Origin: Candidatus Peregrinibacteria bacterium
Lineage (GTDB): Bacteria; Patescibacteriota; Gracilibacteria; UM-FILTER-43-11
Assembly: GCA_016932505.1 (NCBI GenBank)
Contig: JAFGCT010000028.1
Span: 2,404-66,403 of the forward strand
Direction of reading: 5' to 3'
Length of the DNA stretch: 64,000 nucleotides
Below are positions 28,624 through 38,920 of this stretch, in pieces (position 1 is the first letter of the stretch; each line of letters starts with the position of its first letter). The position numbers and the translations under genes are program-made. The notes under the pieces are model-generated. The model saw only the letters and a program-made list of their open reading frames with translations, had not been told where the DNA came from and did no database searches.

Positions 28624-29259
28624 TTAAAAGTCATATTTAAATAATTCAATATCTTTTTTATAATATTTATCTACTAGCTTCTTAGCTTCCTGAGAATATA
28701 AATTTTTATATTCGGAATGTATTGTTTTGTTCATATGTGGTAAATTCTTAGCTTTAATGCCAATTATTTTACAAATTCTATTAAAATCATTCTGCAAATT
28801 TTCAAATCTGCCAACAAAATCTACTAATAAACTACCATCTTCTGAATATGCGAATGGATGCTGGTAATACCCCTCGTTATCGTCTGACTGATCAAAGATT
28901 TTCAACATATACCAAATCGCATCCACGTGGACATCCTCAAACTTAAGTGTTTTGTTAATTAAGTATTTATAATTATAACAAAATTGTGAATATACCCAAT
29001 CCCAAGGATTTCTAACAAATGTAAATTTAAAATACTCATCCCATATTTCCTTATCTACATACTTTTTTACAAAAGAGGGTCTTACATGCTTTAAATGATA
29101 TGGTTTACTATTTTGTTTTCTTAATAGCTCCAATTCCTTTTCAATATTTTCCACAATAAACTTATCGTCATGATATTTTTTTAGTATTTTTTCAATTGAA
29201 GTAGTACCTGTTTTACCACATGCAAAGAAAATAAATTTTTTTTTGTGAGATATAATCAT
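28624..29259 (-). CDS. sulfotransferase family 2-like protein
   Basis: KKFIFFACGKTGTTSI N-terminal PAPS-binding-like loop. Size and context fit. ATG at 29259 preferred over the TTG at 29268. Confidence 0.65.
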   Translation of the reverse strand: MIISHKKKFIFFACGKTGTTSIEKILKKYHDDKFIVENIEKELELLRKQNSKPYHLKHVRPSFVKKYVDKEIWDEYFKFTFVRNPWDWVYSQFCYNYKYLINKTLKFEDVHVDAIWYMLKIFDQSDDNEGYYQHPFAYSEDGSLLVDFVGRFENLQNDFNRICKIIGIKAKNLPHMNKTIHSEYKNLYSQEAKKLVDKYYKKDIELFKYDF

Positions 29260-29275
29260 AGTAAGCAATTTATTA

Positions 29276-29800
29276 TTATAAAAACTTCAAATACTCCTTA
29301 ATAACAACCCTCCAATACAACTTACTTTCCAGCCCTTCCCTCAATTTTTTCTGCATTAATTCTAATCGATTAGGGTTTTGAATTAAATCAATAATTTTTT
29401 CTTTCAGATCTAGAGCGTCCGCAGGTTTTACTAATACCCCTGCATCACCTATAGCCTCTGGGTAACCGGATATATTATATATTAGTTGTAATCACTGAAC
29501 AACCCGCACTCATGGCTTCCAGAAGAGCTACGCTAGCATTTTCTTTAAGTGAAGGAAGTACATATATAGAAACTGATTCTAAAAGCTCTTAATATTCGAG
29601 TGATTTATTATCTAACCAACCGTGTAACACGACTTTTGTTTTCGAATTTTTCTGAAGATATTTTAATTTTTCCATCATTGGACCATTACCACAAATATGT
29701 ATTTCATATCCAATTTCCTTATCCATACATGCACTGATGAGATACTGAAAAACAACTAATACTTTTCCTAATACTTGTTTAACTGGTTTTTTAAGAGCCT
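29276..29800 (-). pseudogene. decayed, N-terminally truncated GT4 glycosyltransferase
   Basis: Hand translation gives ...HICGNGPMMEKLKYLQKNSKTKVVLHGWLDNKSLEY*ELLESVSIYVLPSLKENASVALLEAMSAGCSVITTNI*. A frameshift in the atataatatat run then leads to SGYPEAIGDAGVLVKPADALDLKEKIIDLIQNPNRLELMQKKL...KFL*. No N-terminal Rossmann half is present. Confidence 0.75.
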
Positions 29801-29822
29801 CTTAATCTTTTTTATCATATTC

Positions 29823-30626
29823 TTATTTAATTGCCGACCAAAATATATTTATGGGTCTTTTTATATAGTACAAAATCATAAGTAATAAATATACAAGAAT
29901 TCCTGAATAATTATTTATATTTTTATTTGGTGTATACTTCCTTTGTATTTTTCCCAACAGAGTCCATGAAGGTAAATATGTTTTTTTATTTATTCCTTTT
30001 TTTAGAATTATTTCATTCCATAAATGAAGAGTTTCGGAAGATCTAGGAATAGAGCCGTTCTTAATTAATTTTATTGTTTCCCAATGTTTTACTGGATAAT
30101 AGACTTCTGAAGGAAGTATATATTTTTCTAATTCTAGTTTTTTTATTGTTTTTGTTAAAAGTGTAGGTCCCGTCTCACCCCAATAATTCTGATGAGTAAC
30201 ACCTTTCGATTTATTATAAAGCTCCAGCATAAGCTTACTTTTTGGCTCCGCGTAAATTACCGCATTTCCTACAACCCCTCGCCCTTGGCTTCCAAACATA
30301 TATTTACCTCTAATTATTAATTCTTTTAAGCAAATCACATCCATATCTACCCAGAATCCCCCTTTTTCATAAAGCAGTTTATATCTAAATAGATTCGCAA
30401 ATGCAGTATATGTCTTTTTTCCTAGATTGTTTCTGAATATATCTCTCTTTTGAATAATTTGGCTGGCATCTTTTTTTATAGTCCTATCCGGTACGTTTAA
30501 ATCGGCACTATACACATACAAATGAAATTCATACCCATTTTGGATAAATGAATTAATACACATCTCTTCAAATAATGAAAGTTTCTCCCCTATCCACAAT
30601 GATTGTACGATTTTTGTGTTATTCAT
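29823..30626 (-). CDS. GT32-like glycosyltransferase (DXD sugar-binding region)
   Basis: IVQSLWIGEKLS...FANLFRYKLLYEKGGFWVDMDVICL. Confidence 0.7.
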   Translation of the reverse strand: MNNTKIVQSLWIGEKLSLFEEMCINSFIQNGYEFHLYVYSADLNVPDRTIKKDASQIIQKRDIFRNNLGKKTYTAFANLFRYKLLYEKGGFWVDMDVICLKELIIRGKYMFGSQGRGVVGNAVIYAEPKSKLMLELYNKSKGVTHQNYWGETGPTLLTKTIKKLELEKYILPSEVYYPVKHWETIKLIKNGSIPRSSETLHLWNEIILKKGINKKTYLPSWTLLGKIQRKYTPNKNINNYSGILVYLLLMILYYIKRPINIFWSAIK

Positions 30627-30628
30627 AT

Positions 30629-30829
30629 TCACTTCTTTGCGTATATTATAAAACCACAAGGATTATTTGTTTTTTCACTGGTTATACGTGCAATTATTGG
30701 ATTAAAAATATTAAAAATCATCTTTAATATTCCATTACTTGTTACAAAAATGTGCCATATAGACTGAAGTGTATTTCCATGATGGTATATCTCAGTTTTT
30801 TTCTCATATACATTTATTTTTTCTGTCAT
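30629..30829 (-). CDS. small hypothetical ORF (66 aa)
   Basis: Tightly packed between two glycosyltransferase genes (2-3 nt gaps). No recognisable motif. Confidence 0.3.
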   Translation of the reverse strand: MTEKINVYEKKTEIYHHGNTLQSIWHIFVTSNGILKMIFNIFNPIIARITSEKTNNPCGFIIYAKK

Positions 30830-30832
30830 CTA

Positions 30833-31939
30833 TTAATATAATTTTAAATACTTTTCTGCAACAACAGACCATTTCATCTGTTCTGCTGTTTTAAGATTTG
30901 ATTGTCCTATTTGCTGACATAATTCAGGACTATTTTTAAGCTTATTTAAAACTTCAAAAATCGATTCTGAATCCTGCTTCCTAATTATCATATCATTATC
31001 CAGTAGTTCTTTCATTCCTCCTGTATCTGTTGTTACAACAGGTATTCCTGATGCCATTGCCTCTAAACATGAATTACTCATACCTTCATACAAAGAAGGA
31101 AGAACAAATACATCGCTACTTCTGTATGACTTGGGGATTTCTTCTTTTGAAACAGCTCCCAAAAATTCAATTGACTTATCAACACCTAGATCTTTTGCCA
31201 GGTTTTTAAGTTCTATTTCCCTATTTCCTCCTCCGACAATTGTAAGAACGCAGTCATTTGTACTATTAAGTTTTGCAAAAGCCTTTATCAAAAAACTAAT
31301 CCCTTTTCGGGAAGTTAAACGACTAACACATAAAATAGTAAATTTATCTCTTTTAGAACTTGGAACATTTTGAAAAGTATCAACATCAACACCATTATGA
31401 ATAATATCAATTTTCTGGTTAGGATGAGATTTTAGTGCAAGTGCTTTTAATTCTTCAGAATTAGCGATAACTGCCTTTGCTTTTTTCCAGATTTTGCCGC
31501 TCAGCCTTTTAAAAATAAGCCTATCAAGAAGAGTATATCTTTCATTAAAAAACGGCACATCGCTTCCTCGTAGGCTTACAATGTAAGGAAGTCCGAGCTT
31601 CATTGCAATATAACCACAGGGTATTCCAAAAAAAGCATGCACTATATTGTAACTTTTCAGCTTCATTAGTTTTTTAGCGTGTCTATATGCCTTCCAGCTG
31701 TATAACAGAAGATCTTTTATTGACTGAGAGTGCATTTTTTCATTCTTTCCTATATCCAGATAATAGATTTTTATGTTATCTGCAAATTTCTCTTCTTTAT
31801 ATTCCCCAGTTGATGATGTAATTAAATCAATTTCAATATCTTTTTTCTTTGAAAATTCTTTTAACAAAAAATATGTAGCATTAGCAGCTCCACCTCCAAG
31901 CGGAGGAAATTCGTAATTTAGCAGTAAGACTTTTTTCAT
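30833..31939 (-). CDS. glycosyltransferase family 4
   Basis: FVLPSLYEGMSNSCLEAMASGIPVVTTDTGG. Confidence 0.85.
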   Translation of the reverse strand: MKKVLLLNYEFPPLGGGAANATYFLLKEFSKKKDIEIDLITSSTGEYKEEKFADNIKIYYLDIGKNEKMHSQSIKDLLLYSWKAYRHAKKLMKLKSYNIVHAFFGIPCGYIAMKLGLPYIVSLRGSDVPFFNERYTLLDRLIFKRLSGKIWKKAKAVIANSEELKALALKSHPNQKIDIIHNGVDVDTFQNVPSSKRDKFTILCVSRLTSRKGISFLIKAFAKLNSTNDCVLTIVGGGNREIELKNLAKDLGVDKSIEFLGAVSKEEIPKSYRSSDVFVLPSLYEGMSNSCLEAMASGIPVVTTDTGGMKELLDNDMIIRKQDSESIFEVLNKLKNSPELCQQIGQSNLKTAEQMKWSVVAEKYLKLY

Positions 31940-32779
31940 CTACTTATTTAATATTATTTTCAGTTCACCAATATCAATGTCCTTCTTATTATTATACTTT
32001 TCATTCAATTTAATATTTTTAAGACTGTATTTAACTGTTTTTTCTGATGAGGTTTTAATACCGCTATTTCTGAAAGCTTCTTTAAAATCATCATAACGCC
32101 ATCTGTTTGTATAGGAGGCACCTTCTTTTGTTAGATATTTATCCCATGTGCTATCGGAGTATTTGTAGAACAAAAAAGGATTATTGAAATTAAAATGGTC
32201 GCGCATATCGATACTATGATACATATGACCGCCTTCTTTAAGTATTTCCGACATTTTCCTGATGTTCTCTTCAATCGATTTAATATGCTCAAGAACACTT
32301 ATGGAATATATAAAATCAACTTGCAGGTTTTTTACCTCTGTTAAATCCTGACTTATAAATTCAATATATCCAGGCTTCAGCTTAAAACCCTCGAAAAAGA
32401 AGAAATCTGCCCCACTGTTTTTTTCTCTAATAAATCTGATTTCATCTTCTGCGTACTTCTTTTGCTTAGCAGTTTTTAGACTCCTTGGAAATTTATCAAC
32501 TAGTATAACTTTTTTTGCTCCAAGCAGAAGAAAGTTATAGGCATTAATGTTTGAATTTCCAGGACCAAGTTCCAATACCACTTTTCCCATTAAGTCGATG
32601 TTATTTTCCTTTAACACCTCATTCATTTCCTGAAACTTTCTATCGAGCTTATTATAATCACTTGAATACAGCTTCCAGAACATCAGTTTTCTTAATAATC
32701 CTGCTCTGCAGTATATAAAACGGATAGGCGCATCCAACAAATTATACAGAAATGAAATGTATTTATTATTAATCCTCAC
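31940..32779 (-). CDS. class I SAM-dependent methyltransferase
   Basis: VVLELGPGNSN and FIYSISVLEHI. GTG start, so the start position is uncertain. Confidence 0.7.
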   Translation of the reverse strand: MRINNKYISFLYNLLDAPIRFIYCRAGLLRKLMFWKLYSSDYNKLDRKFQEMNEVLKENNIDLMGKVVLELGPGNSNINAYNFLLLGAKKVILVDKFPRSLKTAKQKKYAEDEIRFIREKNSGADFFFFEGFKLKPGYIEFISQDLTEVKNLQVDFIYSISVLEHIKSIEENIRKMSEILKEGGHMYHSIDMRDHFNFNNPFLFYKYSDSTWDKYLTKEGASYTNRWRYDDFKEAFRNSGIKTSSEKTVKYSLKNIKLNEKYNNKKDIDIGELKIILNK

Positions 32780-32976
32780 AATTAAACAAAAAATTATGTG
32801 TTTATTACTTCTTTATTTTTGATATTTTCAACAAGTTTAATATTATTTTCTGAATTGATAACTTTGTTAAATACTGATTAACATACAAGTACTTTACCAC
32901 TTTTTGTTCAATTTTTTTAATTGTATTTTCAATTCAAAAAATTCAATACCAGTATTTTAGTTCTATACCTGTAATC

Positions 32977-34821
32977 TTAATAATTGTTGCAATCTCTTTT
33001 TGAGATATAATCATTTTCAATCAGATAATCCATTACCTTTTGCAATGATTCATCTTTCGTTTCTTCATGTGTTTTTAGCTCTATATTCGGATTAATCGGC
33101 GGTTCGTAAGGGTCGGAAATGCCTGTAAATTCCTTAATTTCTCCATTTCTGGCTCGTTTATATAAACCTTTTACATCCCGTTTTTCACAAACTTCCAATG
33201 ATGTATTTACATAAATTTCTATAAAATTCTCCGTTTCGGATTTTAGCCTATCCCTTTGCTCACGATATGGGGAAATAAATGACCCAATGGTTATTATTCC
33301 ATGTTTGGATAGTGTTTTAGCCAAAAAACCAGCACGTTCAATATTTTTATAACGGTCATCTTTGGAAAACCCAAGATCTTTACATATAGACCCCCTTAAA
33401 ACATCGCCATCAAGCTTTTCACATTTAATATCATTCTTTTTAAATAAATCATATAATTTATCCGCAATAGTGCTTTTTCCAGATCCAGATAAACCAGTAA
33501 ACCATAATACGGCACCTTTTTTTGATCTCAGACTTGAATTCTTTATGTCGGCATCTGATGTTTTCTTTTTATCAACAATAATACCAGCACCTATTGTATT
33601 ATTTGTGAATTCATCAATTATAATAAAACTGCCTGTACTTCGATTCTGTGAGTAATTATCTATTGATAATAGTTCTGAAGTTTTTACATTAACCCTGCCT
33701 ATCTCATTAAAACCAAGCGTATCGGCACCTTCTCTGTGCAAGCTGTCAATGTCCATTCTATAACTTACATTATTTATGTAACATCGAGTTGATTTAGTTG
33801 TATGTTTAATTATATAGCTTCTGTCTTTTTCAAGAGGCTCATCTGAAAACCAGGAAATCATGGCTTCAAAATCGTTTGTAACTTCCGTTCTGTTGTTTTC
33901 TCTTACAATCATATCCCCGCGACTAACATCCACTTCATCCTCTAAAGAAATAACAACGGACTCTGGATTGAACGCATAATCGCATTCTTTTTGATTTTTG
34001 ATAATTGTTTTAATTGTAGTTTTTTGCCCAGACGGCAAAATTATTACCTTTTCACCTTTTTTAATTATCCCACCTTCAACTGTGCCTGCATAACCTCTAA
34101 AATCCTGATTCGGACGAATAACATACTGAACTGGGAAACGAAAATCTATTAAGTTTCTATCTATAGATACCTGCAAATTTTCTAAATATCCAAGAGTTGT
34201 ATCTCCCGTATACCAATTCATGTTCTTACTCCTCTCCACAACATTATCACCCTTAAGAGCAGAGACGGGTATGAATTGAAGATCTTTTAAATTTAGCTTC
34301 GCCGCATACTCACTGCATTCCTCTTTTATCTTATTGTAAACATTCTGATCGTAATCAACTGAATCCATTTTATTAACAATAATTACAACATGGGGTATTT
34401 CGAGCAATGTTGCTATAAACAAATGTCTTTTGGTTTGAGTTAAAAGCCCCTTTCTTGCATCTATCAGAATCATTGCCAAATTTGCATTAGATGCGCCTGT
34501 TACCATGTTTTTTGTATATTGCTCGTGACCTGGCACATCCATAACTATAAAGCGTCTTTTCGGTGTAGAAAAATATCTGTAAGCAACATCAATAGTAATC
34601 CCCTGTTCTCTTTCGGATGTAAGTCCATCTAAAAGTAATGCCAAATCTGCCTCATCACCCCCCTTCTTATTGGCTTTTTCAATTGCAGAAAATTGGTCTT
34701 CATATATTGCATTGCAACCAAATAAAATCTGACCAATCAGAGTTGATTTGCCATCATCAACACTGCCGGCTGTAGCCATTCTAAGAAGATCTGTGCTTTT
34801 ACTTATTGTAATTGTATTCAT
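32977..34821 (-). CDS. cysNC: bifunctional sulfate adenylyltransferase subunit 1 / adenylylsulfate (APS) kinase
   Basis: GTPase G1 GSVDDGKST and DVPGHEQY. C-terminal APS-kinase P-loop FTGLSGSGKSTIA. Confidence 0.9.
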   Translation of the reverse strand: MNTITISKSTDLLRMATAGSVDDGKSTLIGQILFGCNAIYEDQFSAIEKANKKGGDEADLALLLDGLTSEREQGITIDVAYRYFSTPKRRFIVMDVPGHEQYTKNMVTGASNANLAMILIDARKGLLTQTKRHLFIATLLEIPHVVIIVNKMDSVDYDQNVYNKIKEECSEYAAKLNLKDLQFIPVSALKGDNVVERSKNMNWYTGDTTLGYLENLQVSIDRNLIDFRFPVQYVIRPNQDFRGYAGTVEGGIIKKGEKVIILPSGQKTTIKTIIKNQKECDYAFNPESVVISLEDEVDVSRGDMIVRENNRTEVTNDFEAMISWFSDEPLEKDRSYIIKHTTKSTRCYINNVSYRMDIDSLHREGADTLGFNEIGRVNVKTSELLSIDNYSQNRSTGSFIIIDEFTNNTIGAGIIVDKKKTSDADIKNSSLRSKKGAVLWFTGLSGSGKSTIADKLYDLFKKNDIKCEKLDGDVLRGSICKDLGFSKDDRYKNIERAGFLAKTLSKHGIITIGSFISPYREQRDRLKSETENFIEIYVNTSLEVCEKRDVKGLYKRARNGEIKEFTGISDPYEPPINPNIELKTHEETKDESLQKVMDYLIENDYISKRDCNNY

Positions 34822-34824
34822 ATT

Positions 34825-35730
34825 TTAAAAGTAACCTTCTTTTTTCTTCTCTTCCATAGATGCTTCCGAGCCTTGATCGATAGCCCTTGTTTGCCTTTCT
34901 GACTTTTTAGCCAATAAAACTTCACTGATAATATCATCAAGACAAACTGCATTAGATGGAATAGCTCCTGTTGATGGTGAACAACCAAGTGTTCTGTATC
35001 TGCACATAATCTTTTCAACCTGATCCTCTTTTTTTGGCTGTGTAAACCTATCAATTCTTAAATAAACACCGTTCCTCTTAACTACATCACGTTCCTTTGC
35101 ATAATAAAGTGGCACTATCTCGATATTTTCACGCTGTATATACATCCAAATGTCTGCTTCTGTCCAATTGGAAAGAGGAAAAACACGCATAGTATGCCCC
35201 TCCGATAATCTTGTATTATAAAGATGCCACAACTCAGGACGTTGGTTTTTTGGATCCCAAACGGAAGTTTCATTTCTTACGGAAAATATTCTTTCTTTTG
35301 CACGGGATTTTTCTTCGTCTCTTCTTGCGCCCCCAAAGGCTGAATCAAAACCATGCATCTTAATTGCTTCCAACAATGGCTTTGTTTTTTTAAGGTAAAT
35401 GTAGTTATCTGTATGTGATTCTTCCGGACCTAATGACAATGCTCTTTGTTCTGTGTTTTTATGCACGATTAATTTTGCTCCGATTTTATTTGTGTAATAA
35501 TCGCGAAATTCAATCATTTCATCAAACTTAAACCCTGTATCGATATGAAGCAATGGGAAAGGAATTTTCCCCGGATAAAATGCTTTTTCTGCTAATTTCA
35601 ACATTACTGATGAATCTTTTCCGACAGAATAAAGAAAAACTGGATTCTTAAATGTAGCTGCGGCTTCACGAAAAATATGGATACTCTCCGCCTCAAGTTG
35701 TGATAAGTGATCTAAATTATATTTATTCAT
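34825..35730 (-). CDS. cysD: sulfate adenylyltransferase subunit 2
   Basis: LSQLEAESIHIFRE...YSVGKDSSVML...GGARRDEEKSRAKERIFS. Confidence 0.9.
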   Translation of the reverse strand: MNKYNLDHLSQLEAESIHIFREAAATFKNPVFLYSVGKDSSVMLKLAEKAFYPGKIPFPLLHIDTGFKFDEMIEFRDYYTNKIGAKLIVHKNTEQRALSLGPEESHTDNYIYLKKTKPLLEAIKMHGFDSAFGGARRDEEKSRAKERIFSVRNETSVWDPKNQRPELWHLYNTRLSEGHTMRVFPLSNWTEADIWMYIQRENIEIVPLYYAKERDVVKRNGVYLRIDRFTQPKKEDQVEKIMCRYRTLGCSPSTGAIPSNAVCLDDIISEVLLAKKSERQTRAIDQGSEASMEEKKKEGYF

Positions 35731-35733
35731 AAC

Positions 35734-36516
35734 CTACTCGGAAAATTCATTTATTACAGTAGAATGTAGTATACCATTTGTAGCCACAAGCCCAAATGGG
35801 TTTTTTATGTTTTCCTGATTATAAATAATCACTTCACCATGAATACCCGTAACTATACCCCCAGCCTCCTCTACTATAATCTGAGGTGCACAGCAATCCC
35901 ATTGCCCAAAGCGATTTGTTGGATTAAAGAACAAGTCAGCCTTTCCTTCTGCTACAAGACCCATCTTCACACCATTACTTCCACATTTAACCATTTCACC
36001 GATGTTCAGATGCCTTGCTACATCTTCAATTGCACGGCTTAAATGATTACGACTAACAATTAGCTTTGATTTTGTAATATCAGATTCGTCGGACACATGT
36101 ATTTTTTTTGGTTCGCTATCTCCCACCTGAACAAATGAACCTTTTCCTTTTTCGGCAAAATAGAGCTTATCCTGTACTGGTAAATATACCAACCCAAGAA
36201 TAGCATGACCCTTTTCTGACAACCCTATCATAATGCAGAATTCATCGGTTTTATCCAAAAAATCCTGTGTACCATCCAGCGAATCAACTATCCATACTTT
36301 TTCGGAGCGCATACGGCTTAAATCATCTTGTGATTCTTCGGAAAGAATCGGAAAACCAAAGGATTTTAAGCCTTCAATAATTATTTTATCGGAAAGAATA
36401 TCGGCTTCTGTAACAGGAGATTTATCTTCTTTTTTAAAGACTTCATAATCTTTATTATAAAGACTGAGTATCTCTTTCCCGGCCTTCTTGATTAGTGGAA
36501 TGACTTGAGTGAGCAT
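35734..36516 (-). CDS. cysQ: 3'(2'),5'-bisphosphate nucleotidase (inositol monophosphatase family)
   Basis: LSEES..., WIVDSLDGTQDF and GSNGVKMGLVAEGKADLF motifs. Adjacent to cysD and cysNC. Confidence 0.8.
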   Translation of the reverse strand: MLTQVIPLIKKAGKEILSLYNKDYEVFKKEDKSPVTEADILSDKIIIEGLKSFGFPILSEESQDDLSRMRSEKVWIVDSLDGTQDFLDKTDEFCIMIGLSEKGHAILGLVYLPVQDKLYFAEKGKGSFVQVGDSEPKKIHVSDESDITKSKLIVSRNHLSRAIEDVARHLNIGEMVKCGSNGVKMGLVAEGKADLFFNPTNRFGQWDCCAPQIIVEEAGGIVTGIHGEVIIYNQENIKNPFGLVATNGILHSTVINEFSE

Positions 36517-37537
36517 GGGTTTCTTTTGATGGGCTAATTGATGGGCTTATTGATGGACTTATTGATGTTACTTTCAATTGCCCTTCAATTGCCCTTCCAT
36601 CAGCCCCTCCATTAGTTATTACCTCCTTAATAATATAAACTTTATCTTTAGAACTGTTATAATAAGTTTTACTAATCATATCCGCAAGAATTCCCCCTAT
36701 GAACATAGCGAAACCTGCAAAGAACAAGAACATGGTAAGAACTGTAAAAGAGGTGTCAGATAAATCTATTTTACCAAAAATTTTCAAATACAAAGCCCAC
36801 ATTCCACTTGCCACACCTATAAACATCATTAGTATTCCTGCTGTACCAAGTAAATGAAGTGGACGATTTGCGAATTTTTTCCAAAACCAAACAGAAATCA
36901 TATCCAAAAAACCTTTTATTATACGGCTTGCGTTATATTTTGTCTTTCCATGAATTCTTGGATGATGAGTTACTTCTAACTCACCTGTTTTAAAACCTTT
37001 CATCTTTAAAATCGCAACAATAAAGCGATGCATTTCTCCAAATAAATCCACGGTATCAAAACATTCACGTCGATATGCTTTTAATGTACATCCTGAGTCA
37101 TGAATATCATCTTTTATAAGAATATCTCTTAAAAACTTAGCACGCTTTGAAACAAATCGTTTTAAAAAGGGGTCCTTTCTATCTTTTCTCCAACCTGAAA
37201 CTACGTCTAAATCATCCGCTTTCATTTTTACAAGTAGACGAGGGATGTCAGATGGGTCGTTCTGAAGATCTCCATCCATTGTTACGATAATCTTACCGAC
37301 GGATGCTTTAATTCCGGCATCCATTGCAGCTGTTTGACCGCAGTTTTTTCTAAAGCGAATTATTTTAACTGGATTTAATGTCTTTAATTGTTCAAGAGTT
37401 CCATCGTCCGAACCATCATCCACAAAAATAATCTCAAATGGCCTGTTGAACTGTTTACATACATCTAAAATACGCCTGTGAAGCTCTGCCACATTATCTT
37501 TTTCGTTGTAAACTGGGATTACTATTGAAAGATCCAT
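36455..37537 (-). CDS. polyprenyl-phosphate glycosyltransferase (GT2, GtrB/ArnC/DPM1-like) with repeat-encoded C-terminal extension
   Basis: LSIVIPVYNEKDNV...IIFVDDGSDDGT...DGDLQNDP, then two C-terminal TM helices. The last ~47 codons run through a 12-mer repeat array and overlap the cysQ start by 62 nt. Confidence 0.8.
   Translation of the reverse strand: MDLSIVIPVYNEKDNVAELHRRILDVCKQFNRPFEIIFVDDGSDDGTLEQLKTLNPVKIIRFRKNCGQTAAMDAGIKASVGKIIVTMDGDLQNDPSDIPRLLVKMKADDLDVVSGWRKDRKDPFLKRFVSKRAKFLRDILIKDDIHDSGCTLKAYRRECFDTVDLFGEMHRFIVAILKMKGFKTGELEVTHHPRIHGKTKYNASRIIKGFLDMISVWFWKKFANRPLHLLGTAGILMMFIGVASGMWALYLKIFGKIDLSDTSFTVLTMFLFFAGFAMFIGGILADMISKTYYNSSKDKVYIIKEVITNGGADGRAIEGQLKVTSISPSISPSISPSKETHAHSSHSTNQEGRERDTQSL
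36517..36612. repeat. 11-12-mer arrays (ttgatgggctaa-type x4, tcaattgccct x2) lying inside the GT2 ORF tail
   Basis: Read directly from the sequence. Translated on the minus strand they give SISPSISPSISPS. Confidence 0.85.
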
Positions 37538-37589
37538 TTTGTAATAATTAGCGGAATATAGATTACAATGAAATTGAGTGAAAAGCAAA

Positions 37590-37755
37590 TACTAGGTGGG
37601 ATTTCTCGACTCACTCCGTTCACTCGAAATGACGATGCCTTCCTGGGTGGGAAGTAGGATTTTGCTACGCAAAATCCGACTTCCCCATAAAAGGAAACAC
37701 GTCATTCCGACCAAAGCGAAGGAATGAACACATTTTTTACTCTTGTACAATTTTT
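37590..37755. repeat. cluster of GC-richer palindromic units downstream of metK
   Basis: gggaagt-a-ggattttgc-tac-gcaaaatcc-g-acttccc forms 16 bp of stem. cattcc-gaccaaagcgaa-ggaatg is a second hairpin. The ctcgactcactccgttcactcgaaatgac unit is also present. Confidence 0.65.
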
Positions 37756-38907
37756 TTACTCAATCTCTGCCTTTATTTCATCTACTTTATCCACCTGCTC
37801 CCATGGGAATTCATTTCTTCCAAAGTGTCCATAACATGCAGTTTGTTTATAGATAGGACGTTTTAAATTTAATGTTTTTATAATTCCTGCCGGAGTCATA
37901 TCAAATACCTTTTTAACTACTTCTTCAATTTTTTCATCGCTTACCTTGCCTGTGTCAAATGTTGTAATATGTACGGAAACAGGCTCAGGATAACCGATTG
38001 CGTAAGCGAGCTGAATTTCACATTTATCTGCAAGACCTGCTGAAACAACATTTTTGGCTATGTATCTAGCCATATATGCCCCACTTCTATCCTGCTTGTT
38101 AGGGACTTTACCGCTAAATGCTCCACCACCATGACGCCCCATTCCCCCGTATGTATCGACAATTATTTTTCGGCCAGTCATACCAGTATCCCCCTGAGGT
38201 CCACCAACAACAAACTTACCTGTTTCGTTAATTAAAAACTTAGTTGATTCACGAAGTAAATCTCCGCAGACAGGTTTTATTACATTCTCGATTATATCAG
38301 AGCGTAGCTGATTATATTCAACATCTGGGTCATGCTGTGCGGCAATTACAACTGCTTCTACTCCGATTGGTTTTCCATTCTCATATTCCACAGTAACCTG
38401 ACTTTTGCCATCTGGTCGAAGATAGTTAAGAGTTCCGTTTTTACGGACTTCAGCGAGTCTTTTTGCAAGTTTATGAGCAAGGGTAATTGGAAGTGGCATT
38501 AATTCTTCAGTCTCGTTGCAAGCATACCCCATCATAATACCCTGATCCCCTGCCCCCTGTGCTTTGTGCGTCCCCTCTTCTTCTTTTTCACCCATTGCAA
38601 TATCTGCAGACTGCTCATGGATTGCGTTAAGAACACTGCAGCTTTTGTAATCTATTCCGTAATCGGCATTATTATAACCGATTTCTTTCAAGGTATCGCG
38701 CACGATCTGCTGAACATCCACATACGTTGTGGTTGTAATCTCTCCTCCAACAACAACCAATCCAGTTGTTGTATAACATTCACAACAACAAGCTCCATTT
38801 GGATCTTTTTCTAAAACTGCATCAAGTACTGCGTCACTAATCTGATCGCAGATTTTGTCAGGATGACCCTCTGATACGGACTCAGAAGTGAAAAAATATT
38901 TAGACAT
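37756..38907 (-). CDS. metK: S-adenosylmethionine synthetase
   Basis: [25 protein letters not shown]...[12 protein letters not shown]...GGGAFSGK. The start is set at the M that precedes the conserved N-terminus. Confidence 0.95.
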   Translation of the reverse strand: MSKYFFTSESVSEGHPDKICDQISDAVLDAVLEKDPNGACCCECYTTTGLVVVGGEITTTTYVDVQQIVRDTLKEIGYNNADYGIDYKSCSVLNAIHEQSADIAMGEKEEEGTHKAQGAGDQGIMMGYACNETEELMPLPITLAHKLAKRLAEVRKNGTLNYLRPDGKSQVTVEYENGKPIGVEAVVIAAQHDPDVEYNQLRSDIIENVIKPVCGDLLRESTKFLINETGKFVVGGPQGDTGMTGRKIIVDTYGGMGRHGGGAFSGKVPNKQDRSGAYMARYIAKNVVSAGLADKCEIQLAYAIGYPEPVSVHITTFDTGKVSDEKIEEVVKKVFDMTPAGIIKTLNLKRPIYKQTACYGHFGRNEFPWEQVDKVDEIKAEIE

Positions 38908-38920
38908 TATAAATTGAGTT

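Noticed and set aside
29581-29600. The in-frame TAA in the GT4 remnant as possible stop-codon recoding.
   Set aside because: The same gene also has a frameshift, a second stop and a missing N-terminal half. All other genes in the window terminate normally at TAA, TAG or TGA.
34818-35054. 78-aa ORF overlapping the 3' part of cysD in another frame.
   Set aside because: It lies fully inside the well-supported cysD gene and has no motif or RBS.
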